NCBI GenBank assembly: GCA_016845285.1
Contig: JAERSX010000320.1
Coordinates: 1-35,909, forward strand
Length of the DNA: 35,909 nt
From: Deltaproteobacteria bacterium
GTDB taxonomy: Bacteria; Myxococcota_A; UBA796; UBA2385
Direction of reading: 5' to 3'
The first letter of the stretch is position 1; the number at the start of each line of letters is the position of its first letter. Made by a program: the position numbers and the translations under genes. Below the pieces are notes generated by a model. That model made no database searches. It saw nothing but the letters and a program-made list of their open reading frames with translations, and was not told the origin of the DNA. Below, piece after piece: positions 10,179 through 19,990 of this stretch.

Positions 10179-10673
10179 CTGCGCGTCGCCATCCTCACCC
10201 TCGTCACCTCCCTCTGCACCATCTCTTGTGCCGGGGAAAACCCTCCCTGCGACCCCGACGCGGCCGAGCCGAGCGCAATTCTCGGCACAGGTGTCGACGA
10301 GGCCTTCGACCCCATCGAGGCTGGGGACCCGGCCGGTCTGGTCACGGCACCCCAGGGTGGCATGGGCGTGAGCGTCCGCGTGCTCACGACCGGCCTCGAC
10401 CCCGGCTCCGTCGACGTGCTCCTCGACACCGAGATCGACGGCGAGACAGCCGGTAGCTTCCTCAACGAAGGTGTGCGTCTGTACTGCCAGGAGGACGGTG
10501 AGCACGCGATGATCTGGGGCGTGGTCGTCGGCTTCGATCAGGACGACTACGGTACCAACGACAAGCTGCTCAGCCTGGACGGCCAGGAGGTAGACCTCGT
10601 GGTCACCGTCACCGACAAGTTCGACGTCAGCGCCGTGGCCAACGTACCCGTGACCATCGAGGTGGGTGGGTGA
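10179..10673 (+). CDS. Hypothetical lipoprotein, first gene of the cytochrome operon; probable CTG start
   Basis: The frame of track ORF 10362..10673 extends upstream to a TAG at 10149. CTG at 10179 follows GGAG (10166-10169) and gives the signal (M)RVAILTLVTSLCTIS-C. Its stop overlaps the next start (GTGA). Confidence 0.65.
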   Translation: MRVAILTLVTSLCTISCAGENPPCDPDAAEPSAILGTGVDEAFDPIEAGDPAGLVTAPQGGMGVSVRVLTTGLDPGSVDVLLDTEIDGETAGSFLNEGVRLYCQEDGEHAMIWGVVVGFDQDDYGTNDKLLSLDGQEVDLVVTVTDKFDVSAVANVPVTIEVGG

Positions 10674-12676
10674 AGATCATCCGCCTTGGACTGCTGATCA
10701 TCGGCCTTGGCGGCTGCCCAAGCGAACCGGCCACGCCCACCCACGTGGTCGAGGGCTGCGCCACCTGCCACATGGGCATCGAGCAGGCCCACCCCACCAC
10801 CGAGGACATCGGCCCGAGCGAGTGCACCATCTGCCACGGCGGTGACCCCGGTGCCCTCGATCAGGACGGCGCCCACATCCCCATCCCCGATGACTGGGCC
10901 GAGATCCGTGGCGACGGCCTTCCTGCCGCTCCCGAGGGCTTCATCGGCGACTTCGCACCCGATCAGCTCGACGCCATCGACCCCGACTACCTGCGCTTCA
11001 TCAACCCCGGCGACCTGCGCACAGCGGAGATCGCCTGCGGCGAGTGCCACCCCGAGCAGGTGGCCACGGTGAAGACCTCGATCATGTCGACGAACGCCGG
11101 CCACTACTGGCCCACCCGAAGCTACGCCGACCTGCAAGACGCCACCGCGCTGTACGGCACCTCCGAAATCACCGTCGAAGAGTGCGACCCGGACGCCGGC
11201 ACCGTGTGTGAGCTCACGGTCCTGCGGCCCCAGGACGAGGCCACCATCGAGCAGGCGCTCGCCGACGACGACCTCGATGCCCTCGAACAGATCGCCTACG
11301 ACCACTACCTGGCCAAGTCGTGCAACACCTGCCACGCCGGCGGCTACCCGAAGAACAACAGCCCACACCTCTACCGATCCAGCGGCTGCTCGGCCTGCCA
11401 CATGGTCTACAACGAGGACGGCGTCTACGAGGGCAACGATCCCACGGTGCCGGTGGGCGTTCCCGTTCACGCCAGCCGCCACGAGCTCACCGCCTCGGTG
11501 CCGACGACCCAGTGCGCCACCTGCCACTTCCAGGGTGGGCGGATCGGCCTCAACTTCCGAGGCATCCGTGAGGGCGGCTTCTCCGAGGCGCCCCCCAACG
11601 CTCAGGTCTGGGCAGCTGGCAGCGCCTATGGCCACGTCTCCGGCTACTACTTCGTCGACGAAGACACCACGAACGACGTGGACGAGACCCCGCCCGACCT
11701 CCACCACACCGCCGGCATGCACTGCGCCGACTGCCACGTGGGCACCGATGTGCACGGAGACGGCCAGCTCCACAGCGCCTCCAAGACCCAGTTCGACCTG
11801 CGCTGCGAGGACTGCCACGGAGACGCCCGTGATGCCGCCGAGCCCGACGAGGAGGGGATCTTCCGCACCGAGCAAGGCCGGCCCCTGCCCCAGCTCTCCC
11901 AGGGAGAAGACGGCGGCGTGGTGCTCACGAGCCAGGTGACGGGCGTCGTGTTCGACGTGCCGCAGCCCGCCACCATCCTCGCGGGCGACGAGGCCAGCGA
12001 CGAGATGCGGGCCGCCATGGAGCCACGCGAGAGCGATGGCTGGTCGCACCCCGACAGCCTCACCTGTGACACCTGCCACAACAGCTGGCAGCTCTACTGC
12101 CTGGGCTGCCACGTCACCCTCGACATGCGGCTCAACCAGGTCGACTACCAGACCGGCAGCAAGACGCCCGGCAACGTACGCGGCAGCCGGGACATCTGGA
12201 TGTTGGACCACCTGCTGCTCAGCAAGCGCACAGACGGGATGATCCAGGCGACCAACCCGAGCCAGCACGTCCAGCTCACGGTCATCGACTTCGAGGGCGA
12301 GGTCCGCATCGGTCGCGACGACGGCGAGGCCGGGTCCACCGGCGTCTTCCGCAGCAACGCCACCACCGATGCCCAGGCCGGCTTCGCTCCCTTCTTCCAG
12401 CACACGAGCTCCGCCGAGCCCCGCCCCTGCATCACATGTCACCCCGTGGATGCCTCAGCCGACGAGCAGACCCGTGTGAAGGGCACCTACGGCTTCGGCA
12501 CGGGCGAGTTCGTGCTCGACAATCCCGACGGCGACCCCGTGGACCCGCTGCAGTTCCTCGACGCAGACGGAAACCAGACGAGCGCCTTTGCGCATCCAGG
12601 CACCGGCCCCCTCGACGCCGACACCATCGAGCGCGCGCTGTCCGTCACCGTGGACCCTCCCGAGGAGGACGAGTGA
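10670..12676 (+). CDS. Multiheme (11 CxxCH) cytochrome c lipoprotein
   Basis: Lipobox LGG-C. Motifs CATCH, CTICH, CGECH, CNTCH, CSACH, CATCH, CADCH, CEDCH, CDTCH, CLGCH and CITCH. Confidence 0.95.
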   Translation: MKIIRLGLLIIGLGGCPSEPATPTHVVEGCATCHMGIEQAHPTTEDIGPSECTICHGGDPGALDQDGAHIPIPDDWAEIRGDGLPAAPEGFIGDFAPDQLDAIDPDYLRFINPGDLRTAEIACGECHPEQVATVKTSIMSTNAGHYWPTRSYADLQDATALYGTSEITVEECDPDAGTVCELTVLRPQDEATIEQALADDDLDALEQIAYDHYLAKSCNTCHAGGYPKNNSPHLYRSSGCSACHMVYNEDGVYEGNDPTVPVGVPVHASRHELTASVPTTQCATCHFQGGRIGLNFRGIREGGFSEAPPNAQVWAAGSAYGHVSGYYFVDEDTTNDVDETPPDLHHTAGMHCADCHVGTDVHGDGQLHSASKTQFDLRCEDCHGDARDAAEPDEEGIFRTEQGRPLPQLSQGEDGGVVLTSQVTGVVFDVPQPATILAGDEASDEMRAAMEPRESDGWSHPDSLTCDTCHNSWQLYCLGCHVTLDMRLNQVDYQTGSKTPGNVRGSRDIWMLDHLLLSKRTDGMIQATNPSQHVQLTVIDFEGEVRIGRDDGEAGSTGVFRSNATTDAQAGFAPFFQHTSSAEPRPCITCHPVDASADEQTRVKGTYGFGTGEFVLDNPDGDPVDPLQFLDADGNQTSAFAHPGTGPLDADTIERALSVTVDPPEEDE

Positions 12677-13671
12677 GACCGACACTGCTCGCCGCCGCGC
12701 TGAGCCTGGTTGGCTGCAAGGACCGGGCACCCGTCGACGACACCGGCCCCGCCAACGATGGCCTGCTCTACGAGCTCGTCGGCGACGACTTCGATCACGG
12801 TGTGCTGCTGGCAGCCTGGGAAGACGGAGATCGCCTGCGCGTCGTGGGCGGTGCCCTCAGCGGGGGCGCCGGCCACCAGGTCACCATCCACGACAGCGGC
12901 AGCCTGTGCGAGGAGGGGGTGCTCGTCGACCAGGCGCAGTGGTGGATCCACGGCGCCGAGCCCGGCAGCCAGAAGTACTACACCGTGGGTGAGCAAGGCA
13001 GCATCTACAGCTGGAACGACCGCACCCCAACCGATGAGTCCGTCGACTCCGAGGCCACCTTCTACGGGGTCTACGACGACGGCACCGTGGTCTGGGCCGT
13101 CGGCGGCGACCCGGCCACGGGCCTGGGCGAGGTCTGGGCCCGCGGGCCGTCGGGCTGGGAGCTCCAGGCCAGCGAGATCCCCGGAATCCTCTACAAGGTC
13201 TGGGATGGCTGGATCGTGGGCGACCAGCAGGCCCTCCGAATGGTGGGCGGCGAGCTCGAGGCCACCGAGGCGGACACCAAGCTGCTCACCGTGCGCGGAC
13301 GGGACGCAGGCGACGACGTGTGGGCCGTGGGCGGCACCTCGGGCGCCGAGGTTCGCCACTGGAGCGGCAGCGCGTGGGAAGAGGTGGGCACCGACCTGCT
13401 GGGCGTGCCGCTGAGCGGGGTCTGGACGGCACCCGAGCACGACGTGTACGTGGCGGGCAGCTTCGGCACCATGGCCCGCCTGCCACCGGACAGCACCGAG
13501 TGGCAGATGCCCGATCTCCCGCTCACGAGCGACGACTTCCACGCCGTCTACCCCTTCGGAGACGAGATCTGGTACGTGGGCGGCAACCTGTTGACCTCGG
13601 GCACCGACTACCACGGCACCATCGCCCGAGAAGGCGAGACGCTCATGGAGCTCGAGCTGGACGGCTGCTGA
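12673..13671 (+). CDS. Beta-propeller-like repeat lipoprotein
   Basis: GTG at 12673 overlaps the cytochrome stop (GTGA) and follows a GAGGA RBS. Lipobox LVG-C. Repeated VWAVG / VYVAG / IWYVG blades. Confidence 0.8.
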   Translation: MRPTLLAAALSLVGCKDRAPVDDTGPANDGLLYELVGDDFDHGVLLAAWEDGDRLRVVGGALSGGAGHQVTIHDSGSLCEEGVLVDQAQWWIHGAEPGSQKYYTVGEQGSIYSWNDRTPTDESVDSEATFYGVYDDGTVVWAVGGDPATGLGEVWARGPSGWELQASEIPGILYKVWDGWIVGDQQALRMVGGELEATEADTKLLTVRGRDAGDDVWAVGGTSGAEVRHWSGSAWEEVGTDLLGVPLSGVWTAPEHDVYVAGSFGTMARLPPDSTEWQMPDLPLTSDDFHAVYPFGDEIWYVGGNLLTSGTDYHGTIAREGETLMELELDGC

Positions 13672-13680
13672 GCCGCCGCC

Positions 13681-14733
13681 TCAGAGAGGCTCGACGGCTC
13701 CGGTGGCCAGCAACGCCTCGTAGCCCTCGCCACCTGAGGCCCACCAGGCCTCACCGACCTCGTCGAGCTGGGCCTCTTCGAGGGCCGCAGCCGTGAGCAG
13801 AGACCGCAGCGTGGCGCTGATCTCCTCGTCGGAGAAGCTGTTGTTCGAGCCCGTGCACAGCATGGTGCACATGATGTCGGTGTCGGACTCGAAGTCACAG
13901 TGGTCGGCCTCGGTGAGGCTCAGGGCGACCGCATCGGGAGCGGCCGTGAACCAGGCGCTGCCGTTGCCGCTGCTGTTGCAGCTTCCGGGCTCGCCGAGCA
14001 GACCGTAGAGGACGGGCGCATCGGGAGCCGCGGCCTCGCCCAGTCCGTCCGCGTCGACACCGTCCAGGGTGATGACCGCGACGGCATCGGGGTCATCGGC
14101 CCCCGCAACCACTGCTGCGAGGCCACCCGCGGAGTGACCGATGTAGAGCCGAGAACCCGCCTCGAGGGCGTCGGCCAAGGACACGAGATCTGCGGCGTTC
14201 TGGCCATGATCGGTGTCCCAGATGCTCGAGTGGCACAGCGTAGGCACCGCGACCGACAGCCCCCAGCTCGCGAGGTGGTAGCCATGACCCTCGACGTGGG
14301 TTCCATCGCGTGCGAAGCCATGAGCGAGGACAGCCAGGGTGTCGGAGGGCCCGTCGGCCGGGTCGAAGATGGCCACGTCCGGCGCACAGCCTCCACCCAG
14401 ATCGACCTGTCGGGTCGTGACCGTCACGCCGTGCGACCCCGTCTGTGACAGATCAGCGAGGGGCTCGTCGGGATCGTCGTCATCCTCCGGATCGTCGTCA
14501 TCGTCCGGATCATCATCATCGTCCGGATCATCACCGTCGGGATCGTCGCCATCGTCTGGTTGATCGGTGTCGTCGCCGTCATCGTTCTCGCCGTCACCGT
14601 CGCCGTCACCGTCACCGTCGCCGTCGCCGTTCCCCGGATCTTCCGCCGGCGAACCGACGTCGTGGGTTGGCCCTTCCCCATCAATCTCCGCACACCCGAG
14701 CAACAACAGCACCAAGGTCAAACTGCGACTCAT
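13681..14733 (-). CDS. Lipoprotein alpha/beta hydrolase, chlorophyllase/cutinase-like
   Basis: Lipobox LLG-C, acidic linker, HGF oxyanion motif, GHSAGG nucleophile elbow, LDGVD and DHCDF. Confidence 0.85.
   Translation of the reverse strand: MSRSLTLVLLLLGCAEIDGEGPTHDVGSPAEDPGNGDGDGDGDGDGDGENDDGDDTDQPDDGDDPDGDDPDDDDDPDDDDDPEDDDDPDEPLADLSQTGSHGVTVTTRQVDLGGGCAPDVAIFDPADGPSDTLAVLAHGFARDGTHVEGHGYHLASWGLSVAVPTLCHSSIWDTDHGQNAADLVSLADALEAGSRLYIGHSAGGLAAVVAGADDPDAVAVITLDGVDADGLGEAAAPDAPVLYGLLGEPGSCNSSGNGSAWFTAAPDAVALSLTEADHCDFESDTDIMCTMLCTGSNNSFSDEEISATLRSLLTAAALEEAQLDEVGEAWWASGGEGYEALLATGAVEPL
14470..14630. repeat. Coding tandem repeats (18-bp PDDDDD units and 6-bp DG units) in the hydrolase linker
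   Basis: ggatcgtcgtcatcgtcc-type units and ccgtca/ccgtcg hexamers. Confidence 0.8.
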
Positions 14734-14774
14734 GACCGCCTCCGTCCCGGCCTTATAGAACCTGCGAACCGACT

Positions 14775-14794
14775 TGTCTACTCATGGGTAGGCA
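14775..14794. promoter_or_regulatory. Imperfect palindrome, candidate TetR operator
   Basis: tgtctactcatgggtaggca matches its reverse complement at 16/20 positions and lies in the 94-bp divergent intergenic region upstream of the TetR gene. Confidence 0.5.
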
Positions 14795-14827
14795 TTTGGC
14801 TCCCGAGCAGACGTTAGACCGGCCCCG

Positions 14828-15409
14828 ATGGGCACCAAGCGAACCTCTCCCGAAGCCATCCTGGACGCCGCGGAGCACGCCTTCGGGACCGACGGCTACA
14901 CCGGTGCCCGACTGGCCGACATCTCCGCTGCCGTGGGCATTCGCAGGCCGAGCCTGCTCTACCACTTCAAGACCAAGGACGCGCTCTACAACGCGGTGGT
15001 CCTGCGCCTCTTCGAGTCTCTGAGAGAGACCTTCACCGAAGCCTTCGAGGCAGGTGGCAGCTTCGAAGACCGCATGCTGCGACTGATGAGCGCCTACCTC
15101 GCCTTCCTCGACGAGCGCCCCGCCTTCGCGCCCCTCGTCATCCGGGAGATCCTCGACGGCCACGGCCCTGGTCGACACCTCCTCGAGACCCGGCTCGTGC
15201 CCTTGCTCGACCTCATCGAGCAGTGGCTGGCGCAGGCGGGAGGCGGCGAGATCCCCGAAGGCGTCCAGATTCGAAGCGCCATCATGCATCTCGGCAGCAA
15301 CGCGATCCTCCACGCTGCAGCAGGGCCACTGCAGGGGCCGTTGTGGGGCTCCGATGGGGGCACCCTGGACCTGGCCCGGCGGCTCTTGCTCGCGGAGGAC
15401 CGTGCGTGA
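14828..15409 (+). CDS. TetR/AcrR family transcriptional regulator
   Basis: HTH signature ILDAAEHAFGTDGYTGARLADISAAVGIRRPSLLYHFKTKDALY. Confidence 0.95.
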   Translation: MGTKRTSPEAILDAAEHAFGTDGYTGARLADISAAVGIRRPSLLYHFKTKDALYNAVVLRLFESLRETFTEAFEAGGSFEDRMLRLMSAYLAFLDERPAFAPLVIREILDGHGPGRHLLETRLVPLLDLIEQWLAQAGGGEIPEGVQIRSAIMHLGSNAILHAAAGPLQGPLWGSDGGTLDLARRLLLAEDRA

Positions 15410-15461
15410 CCCGGAGGGCTGTAGCCCCCCTGAGAGGCCGGCCCCGTGATAGCTCCGGTGC

Positions 15462-17252
15462 ATGTCGGACTCCCCCTCCTTCGCAGACGTCGACCCCACC
15501 CCACGTGCAGCCTGGCGCGCCCTCGTCGAGGCCGGGCTGAAGGGCGCCTCCTTCGAGCGGCGCACGTCGCGGACCCTGCCCGGGGGGGTGGTGCTGCCGG
15601 TGCTGGCCACCGCCCATGACGCTGTGGACAGCGGGCTCCCGGGTCTCGCCCCGTACCCCCGAGGCACCGCGGCCAGGCCGGGCTGGAAGACCGCGGTCTG
15701 TCACCCGAGCCATGCACCCGAGCTGGGCGCACGACTCGCCCTGGACGCCGCGCGTGGCGCCACGGCCTGCTGGCTCGAGGCCCCGCTCGCCGATGGACCC
15801 CACGACGATCAGGCCGACGACGAGAGCCTCGCCTTCCCGGTGGGCCTCGAGCTCTACTTCGGCCCGGGCGTCATGGACCTCGACGCAGGCGAGGAGCTGC
15901 TCGACCCCACCCTCTGGGAAGGCCGCGGCCGGGTCTGCTTCGGGGCCGATCCTGCCACCCTCGCAGCCCGTACCTCCAGCCCACTGGACCTCGACGAGGC
16001 GGCCGAGCTCGCCCTGGCTGCCTCCGCAGTCACAGCCGAAGACCTCGATCTGCGCGTGCTCCTCGTCGACACCGGCTACGCCCACGATGCCGGCGCCGAC
16101 GACGTCCTCGACCTCGCCCTGGCCTTGGCCACCACCGTCGCCTGGCTGCGCGAGCTCACGGGCCGCGGCCTCTCGCTCCACGACGCCCTCGCACAGCAAG
16201 TCCACCATCTCCGCGTCGGCACGGCCCCCTTCGCGAGCATCGCCAAGCTCCGTGCCTTCCGCTCTGTCGTGGCGCGCGTCTGCGAAGCCGCGGGCGACGT
16301 CGAAGCCGCCCGGGCCCTGGTCATCGTCTCCAGCCTGGGAGCCCGGCACCTGAGCCGCGTCGACGCACCGGTCAACGTGCTCCGCAACACCTCCGCCTGC
16401 TTCGCCGGCGCCCTGGGTGGGGCTCAGGTGGTGGCCTCACGGCCCCACGACGCCCTGCGACCCCAGCCCGGAGAGGCCGGACGCCGCATCGCGCGCAACA
16501 CGCCGCTGATGCTCGACCTGGAGGCCGGTCTCGCCGATGTGGCCGATCCCATCGGAGGCTCCTGGTCCATCGAACAGCTGACCGCCGACCTCGCGGGCGC
16601 GGCCTGGGCCCGCTTCCAGGAGCTGGAGGCCCACGGGGGCCTGGGCGCGGTCCTCACGAGCGGCTGGTTGGCGTCGGAGGTGGACGTGGCCTGGGAGCGA
16701 CAGGCGAAGGCCTTGCGGCGCCGCAAGGCTCAGCTCACCGGCGTGAGCGCCTTCGCCGCACTCGACGAGGCCCCGGTACAGGTACCTCAGGCGAGGGGCC
16801 CCTTCCCGCTGCGCCGCTGGGCCGCCGGCTTCGAGGCTCTGCGTGCCCGCGCCCACGCCTGGGAAGCGACCCACGGCGCTCCTCCGCACGTCACCGTGGC
16901 CACCCTCGGCCCCGAGGCCCACCACACCGCCCGCACCACCTGGGTGCGCAACGCCCTGGCGGCCGGTGGCTTCCACACCGAGGAGCTCGATGGACAGGCG
17001 CTCCCCGCCACACTGCCCACGCCCCTCGCCGTGCTGAGCGCCCCCGACGGTCGGGTCGACGCCGAGGGGGTGGGCACGCTCGCCAGGCTCGTGTCCGCTG
17101 GCGCCCGCCACGTCCGCATCGCTGGCCGCCCTGGCGCGCAGGCCGAGGCCCACACCGCTGCTGGCGCCGCCGGCTGGATGGGGGTGGGAGACGACCTCGA
17201 GGCGCTGCTGGCCGAATTCCATGACGTCCTCGGCCGCGAGGTGAGCCCGTGA
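15462..17252 (+). CDS. mutA: Methylmalonyl-CoA mutase small (non-catalytic) subunit
   Basis: [39 protein letters not shown] and LTGVS. No DxHxxG B12 motif. Overlaps the large-subunit start. Confidence 0.88.
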   Translation: MSDSPSFADVDPTPRAAWRALVEAGLKGASFERRTSRTLPGGVVLPVLATAHDAVDSGLPGLAPYPRGTAARPGWKTAVCHPSHAPELGARLALDAARGATACWLEAPLADGPHDDQADDESLAFPVGLELYFGPGVMDLDAGEELLDPTLWEGRGRVCFGADPATLAARTSSPLDLDEAAELALAASAVTAEDLDLRVLLVDTGYAHDAGADDVLDLALALATTVAWLRELTGRGLSLHDALAQQVHHLRVGTAPFASIAKLRAFRSVVARVCEAAGDVEAARALVIVSSLGARHLSRVDAPVNVLRNTSACFAGALGGAQVVASRPHDALRPQPGEAGRRIARNTPLMLDLEAGLADVADPIGGSWSIEQLTADLAGAAWARFQELEAHGGLGAVLTSGWLASEVDVAWERQAKALRRRKAQLTGVSAFAALDEAPVQVPQARGPFPLRRWAAGFEALRARAHAWEATHGAPPHVTVATLGPEAHHTARTTWVRNALAAGGFHTEELDGQALPATLPTPLAVLSAPDGRVDAEGVGTLARLVSAGARHVRIAGRPGAQAEAHTAAGAAGWMGVGDDLEALLAEFHDVLGREVSP

Positions 17253-19381
17253 TCCCCGACTTCACCCAGATCCCCTGGCAGACCCCCGCCTCGAAGGCCG
17301 AGGGTGTCGAGCCCACCCGACAGGACACCCCCGAGGGCGTCCCGCTGGCCTCCGTCTACACGGCCGCAGACCTGTCCGACCTGGGCACCCTGCACACCAT
17401 GCCCGGACTCCCGCCCTTCCTCCGCGGCCCCTACGCCACCATGTACAGCGGGCGCCCCTGGACCGTCCGTCAGTACGCGGGCTTCTCGACGGCCGAAGCC
17501 AGCAATGCCTTCTACCGACGCAACCTCGCCGCCGGCCAGAAGGGGCTGTCCATCGCCTTCGATCTGGCCACCCACCGCGGCTACGACAGCGACCATCCCC
17601 GGGTGGTCGGCGACGTCGGCATGGCCGGCGTGGCCATCGACAGCATCCTCGACATGCGAATCCTCTTCGAGGGCATTCCGCTCGATCGCATGAGCGTGTC
17701 CATGACCATGAACGGGGCCGTCCTGCCCATCATGGCCCTCTACATCGTGGCCGCCGAGGAGCAGGGCGTGGCGCCCGCAGCCCTCAGCGGCACCATCCAT
17801 AACGACATCCTCAAGGAGTTCATGGTCCGGAACACGTACGTGTACCCGCCGGCTCCGAGCCTCCGGATCATCGGCGACATCTTCGGCTACACCGCCGCTC
17901 ACATGCCGCGCTTCAACAGCATCAGCGTGTCCGGCTACCACATGCAGGAGGCCGGAGCGACCGCCGACCTCGAGCTCGCCTACACCCTGGCCGACGGCCT
18001 CGAGTACCTGCGCACCGGTGTGGCCGCGGGCCTCGACATCGATCGCTTCGCGCCCCGCATCTCCTTCTTCTGGGGAATCGGGATGCGCTTCATGATGGAG
18101 GTGGCCAAGCTGCGCGCCGGCCGCCTGCTCTGGAGTCACATCGTGGGCGGCTTCGGCCCCAAGAACCCGAAGTCGCGCTCGCTGCGCACCCACAGCCAGA
18201 CCAGCGGCTGGTCGCTCACGGCTCAAGACCCCTACAACAACATCGTGCGCACCTGCGTCGAGGCCATGGCCGCCACCCAGGGCCACACCCAGTCTCTCCA
18301 CACCAACTCCTTCGACGAGGCCCTGGCCCTGCCGAGCGACCTGAGCGCGCGCATCGCCCGAAACACCCAGCTCTTCCTGCAGCACGAGACCGACACCTGC
18401 GACCTCGTCGACCCCTGGGGCGGCAGCTACGCCATCGAGCGTCTCACCGCCGACCTCGCGGCCCGTGCCTGGGAGCACATCGTCGAGGTCGAGGAGCTCG
18501 GCGGCATGGCCAAGGCCATCGAGGCGGGCATTCCCAAGATGCGCATCGAGGAGGCCGCCGCCCGCACCCAGGCCCGCATCGACAGCGGCCGGCAGGTCGT
18601 GCTCGGCGTCAACCGCTACCAGCTCGACGACGAGCCCGAGATCGAGGTGCGTCAGGTGGACAACGACGAGGTGCGCCGCGCCCAGCTCGCGCGCCTGGCA
18701 CAGCTCCGGGCAGAACGTGACGAGGCCGCCACCCAGGCCGCCCTCGCCGCCCTCACCCGCGGCGCCGAGGCCCAAGGCAACCTGCTCGACCTCAGCGTGA
18801 AGGCCGCCCGAGCCAAGGCCACCGTGGGCGAGATCAGCGATGCGCTGGAGCGAGCCTTCGGCCGCCACCAGGCCCACCCCAAGGCACTCCGCGGCGTCTA
18901 CCGCCGCGAGCTCGGAGAGGACACCGCCGTGACCCAGTCCATCGAAGAGGCCGTCGCTCGCTTCGAGGCCCTCGAGGGCCGTCGACCTCGCATCCTGGTC
19001 GCCAAGATGGGCCAGGACGGCCACGACCGCGGCCAGAAGGTCATCAGCACCGCCTTCGCCGACCTCGGCTTCGACGTGGACGTGGGCCCCCTCTTCCAGA
19101 CGCCCGCCGAGACCGCACGGCAGGCCGTGGAGAACGATGTACACGTCGTCGGCGTGAGCTCACTGGCCGCCGGCCATCTCACCCTGGTGCCGGCGCTCCG
19201 GGCCGAGCTGGCTGCCTACGATCGCGAGGACATCGTCATCGTCGTGGGAGGCGTGGTCCCGCCCCAGGACTACGACGCTCTCTACGAGGCCGGCGCCACC
19301 TGCATCTTCGGGCCGGGCACCGTCATCGCAGACGCCGCGCTGGAGCTCATGAGCGAGCTGGAGCGCCGCGTCGGCGCCTGA
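17249..19381 (+). CDS. scpA: Methylmalonyl-CoA mutase large (catalytic, B12-binding) subunit
   Basis: [49 protein letters not shown] and [10 protein letters not shown]. Confidence 0.97.
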   Translation: MIPDFTQIPWQTPASKAEGVEPTRQDTPEGVPLASVYTAADLSDLGTLHTMPGLPPFLRGPYATMYSGRPWTVRQYAGFSTAEASNAFYRRNLAAGQKGLSIAFDLATHRGYDSDHPRVVGDVGMAGVAIDSILDMRILFEGIPLDRMSVSMTMNGAVLPIMALYIVAAEEQGVAPAALSGTIHNDILKEFMVRNTYVYPPAPSLRIIGDIFGYTAAHMPRFNSISVSGYHMQEAGATADLELAYTLADGLEYLRTGVAAGLDIDRFAPRISFFWGIGMRFMMEVAKLRAGRLLWSHIVGGFGPKNPKSRSLRTHSQTSGWSLTAQDPYNNIVRTCVEAMAATQGHTQSLHTNSFDEALALPSDLSARIARNTQLFLQHETDTCDLVDPWGGSYAIERLTADLAARAWEHIVEVEELGGMAKAIEAGIPKMRIEEAAARTQARIDSGRQVVLGVNRYQLDDEPEIEVRQVDNDEVRRAQLARLAQLRAERDEAATQAALAALTRGAEAQGNLLDLSVKAARAKATVGEISDALERAFGRHQAHPKALRGVYRRELGEDTAVTQSIEEAVARFEALEGRRPRILVAKMGQDGHDRGQKVISTAFADLGFDVDVGPLFQTPAETARQAVENDVHVVGVSSLAAGHLTLVPALRAELAAYDREDIVIVVGGVVPPQDYDALYEAGATCIFGPGTVIADAALELMSELERRVGA

Positions 19382-19399
19382 GCCCGGGGCACCCTGTGC

Positions 19400-19822
19400 T
19401 CAGTACCACATGGGCAGGTGGAGCTCTGCGCCATCGGCGGGGACCTGCACCGAGCAGTTCGACCACCGGGGGACCATCAAGGGCTTCTTCGTACACGAAG
19501 CAGCGGTGCCCTCAGAGGGTCCGGGTGGCAGGAAGGCGAAGTCGAGCTCGCCATCTGCGTCGTGGTCATGGTGGATGGTGAAGCCGTAGCGACCCGGGGC
19601 CAGGTCGCTCACGCGCATCTCGATGGTCGCGCTGCTCGCGGGCACTGTCAGGCTGCGCACCTCCTCTCCCCAGTGCGGGTAGGTCTCCTCAGCGTCGAAG
19701 ACGCGCAGCACCAAGGGCGCGCCATCGGTCTGGACGCCGTCGAGCCGGATGACCACATCACCAGCTCGGGCCGCCGAGAGCGCCGAGAACGCGGAGAGCG
19801 CCGAGAGCAGCATCAGTGACAT
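19400..19822 (-). CDS. DUF2141 family secreted protein
   Basis: GGAG RBS, ATG 19822, signal peptide, LAPGRYGFTIHHDHDADGELD...PSEG motif. This is the C-terminal third of track ORF 19400..20671. Confidence 0.8.
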   Translation of the reverse strand: MSLMLLSALSAFSALSAARAGDVVIRLDGVQTDGAPLVLRVFDAEETYPHWGEEVRSLTVPASSATIEMRVSDLAPGRYGFTIHHDHDADGELDFAFLPPGPSEGTAASCTKKPLMVPRWSNCSVQVPADGAELHLPMWY

Positions 19823-19990
19823 GGGGGCTCCCAGGGACTCCAGGTGCTGTGCTCCTGGCCCACCACACCCTCCAGGTCCCCCAGGATGCCACGCATCCCA
19901 GGCAAGCTCCGCGACGATCTGTACCGAGATCCGCGCAGAGCTTCGACACCTGGCGCTGAGCCGCGCGCCGTTCCAGGCTAAGCCTCCGAC

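Noticed and set aside
10547..12442. 631-aa minus-strand ORF, and similar ones at 16787..19144, 23034..24500, 8210..9832, 31639..33165 and 25503..27359
   Set aside because: They are antisense or alternate-frame shadows of well-supported genes, as expected in high-GC DNA.
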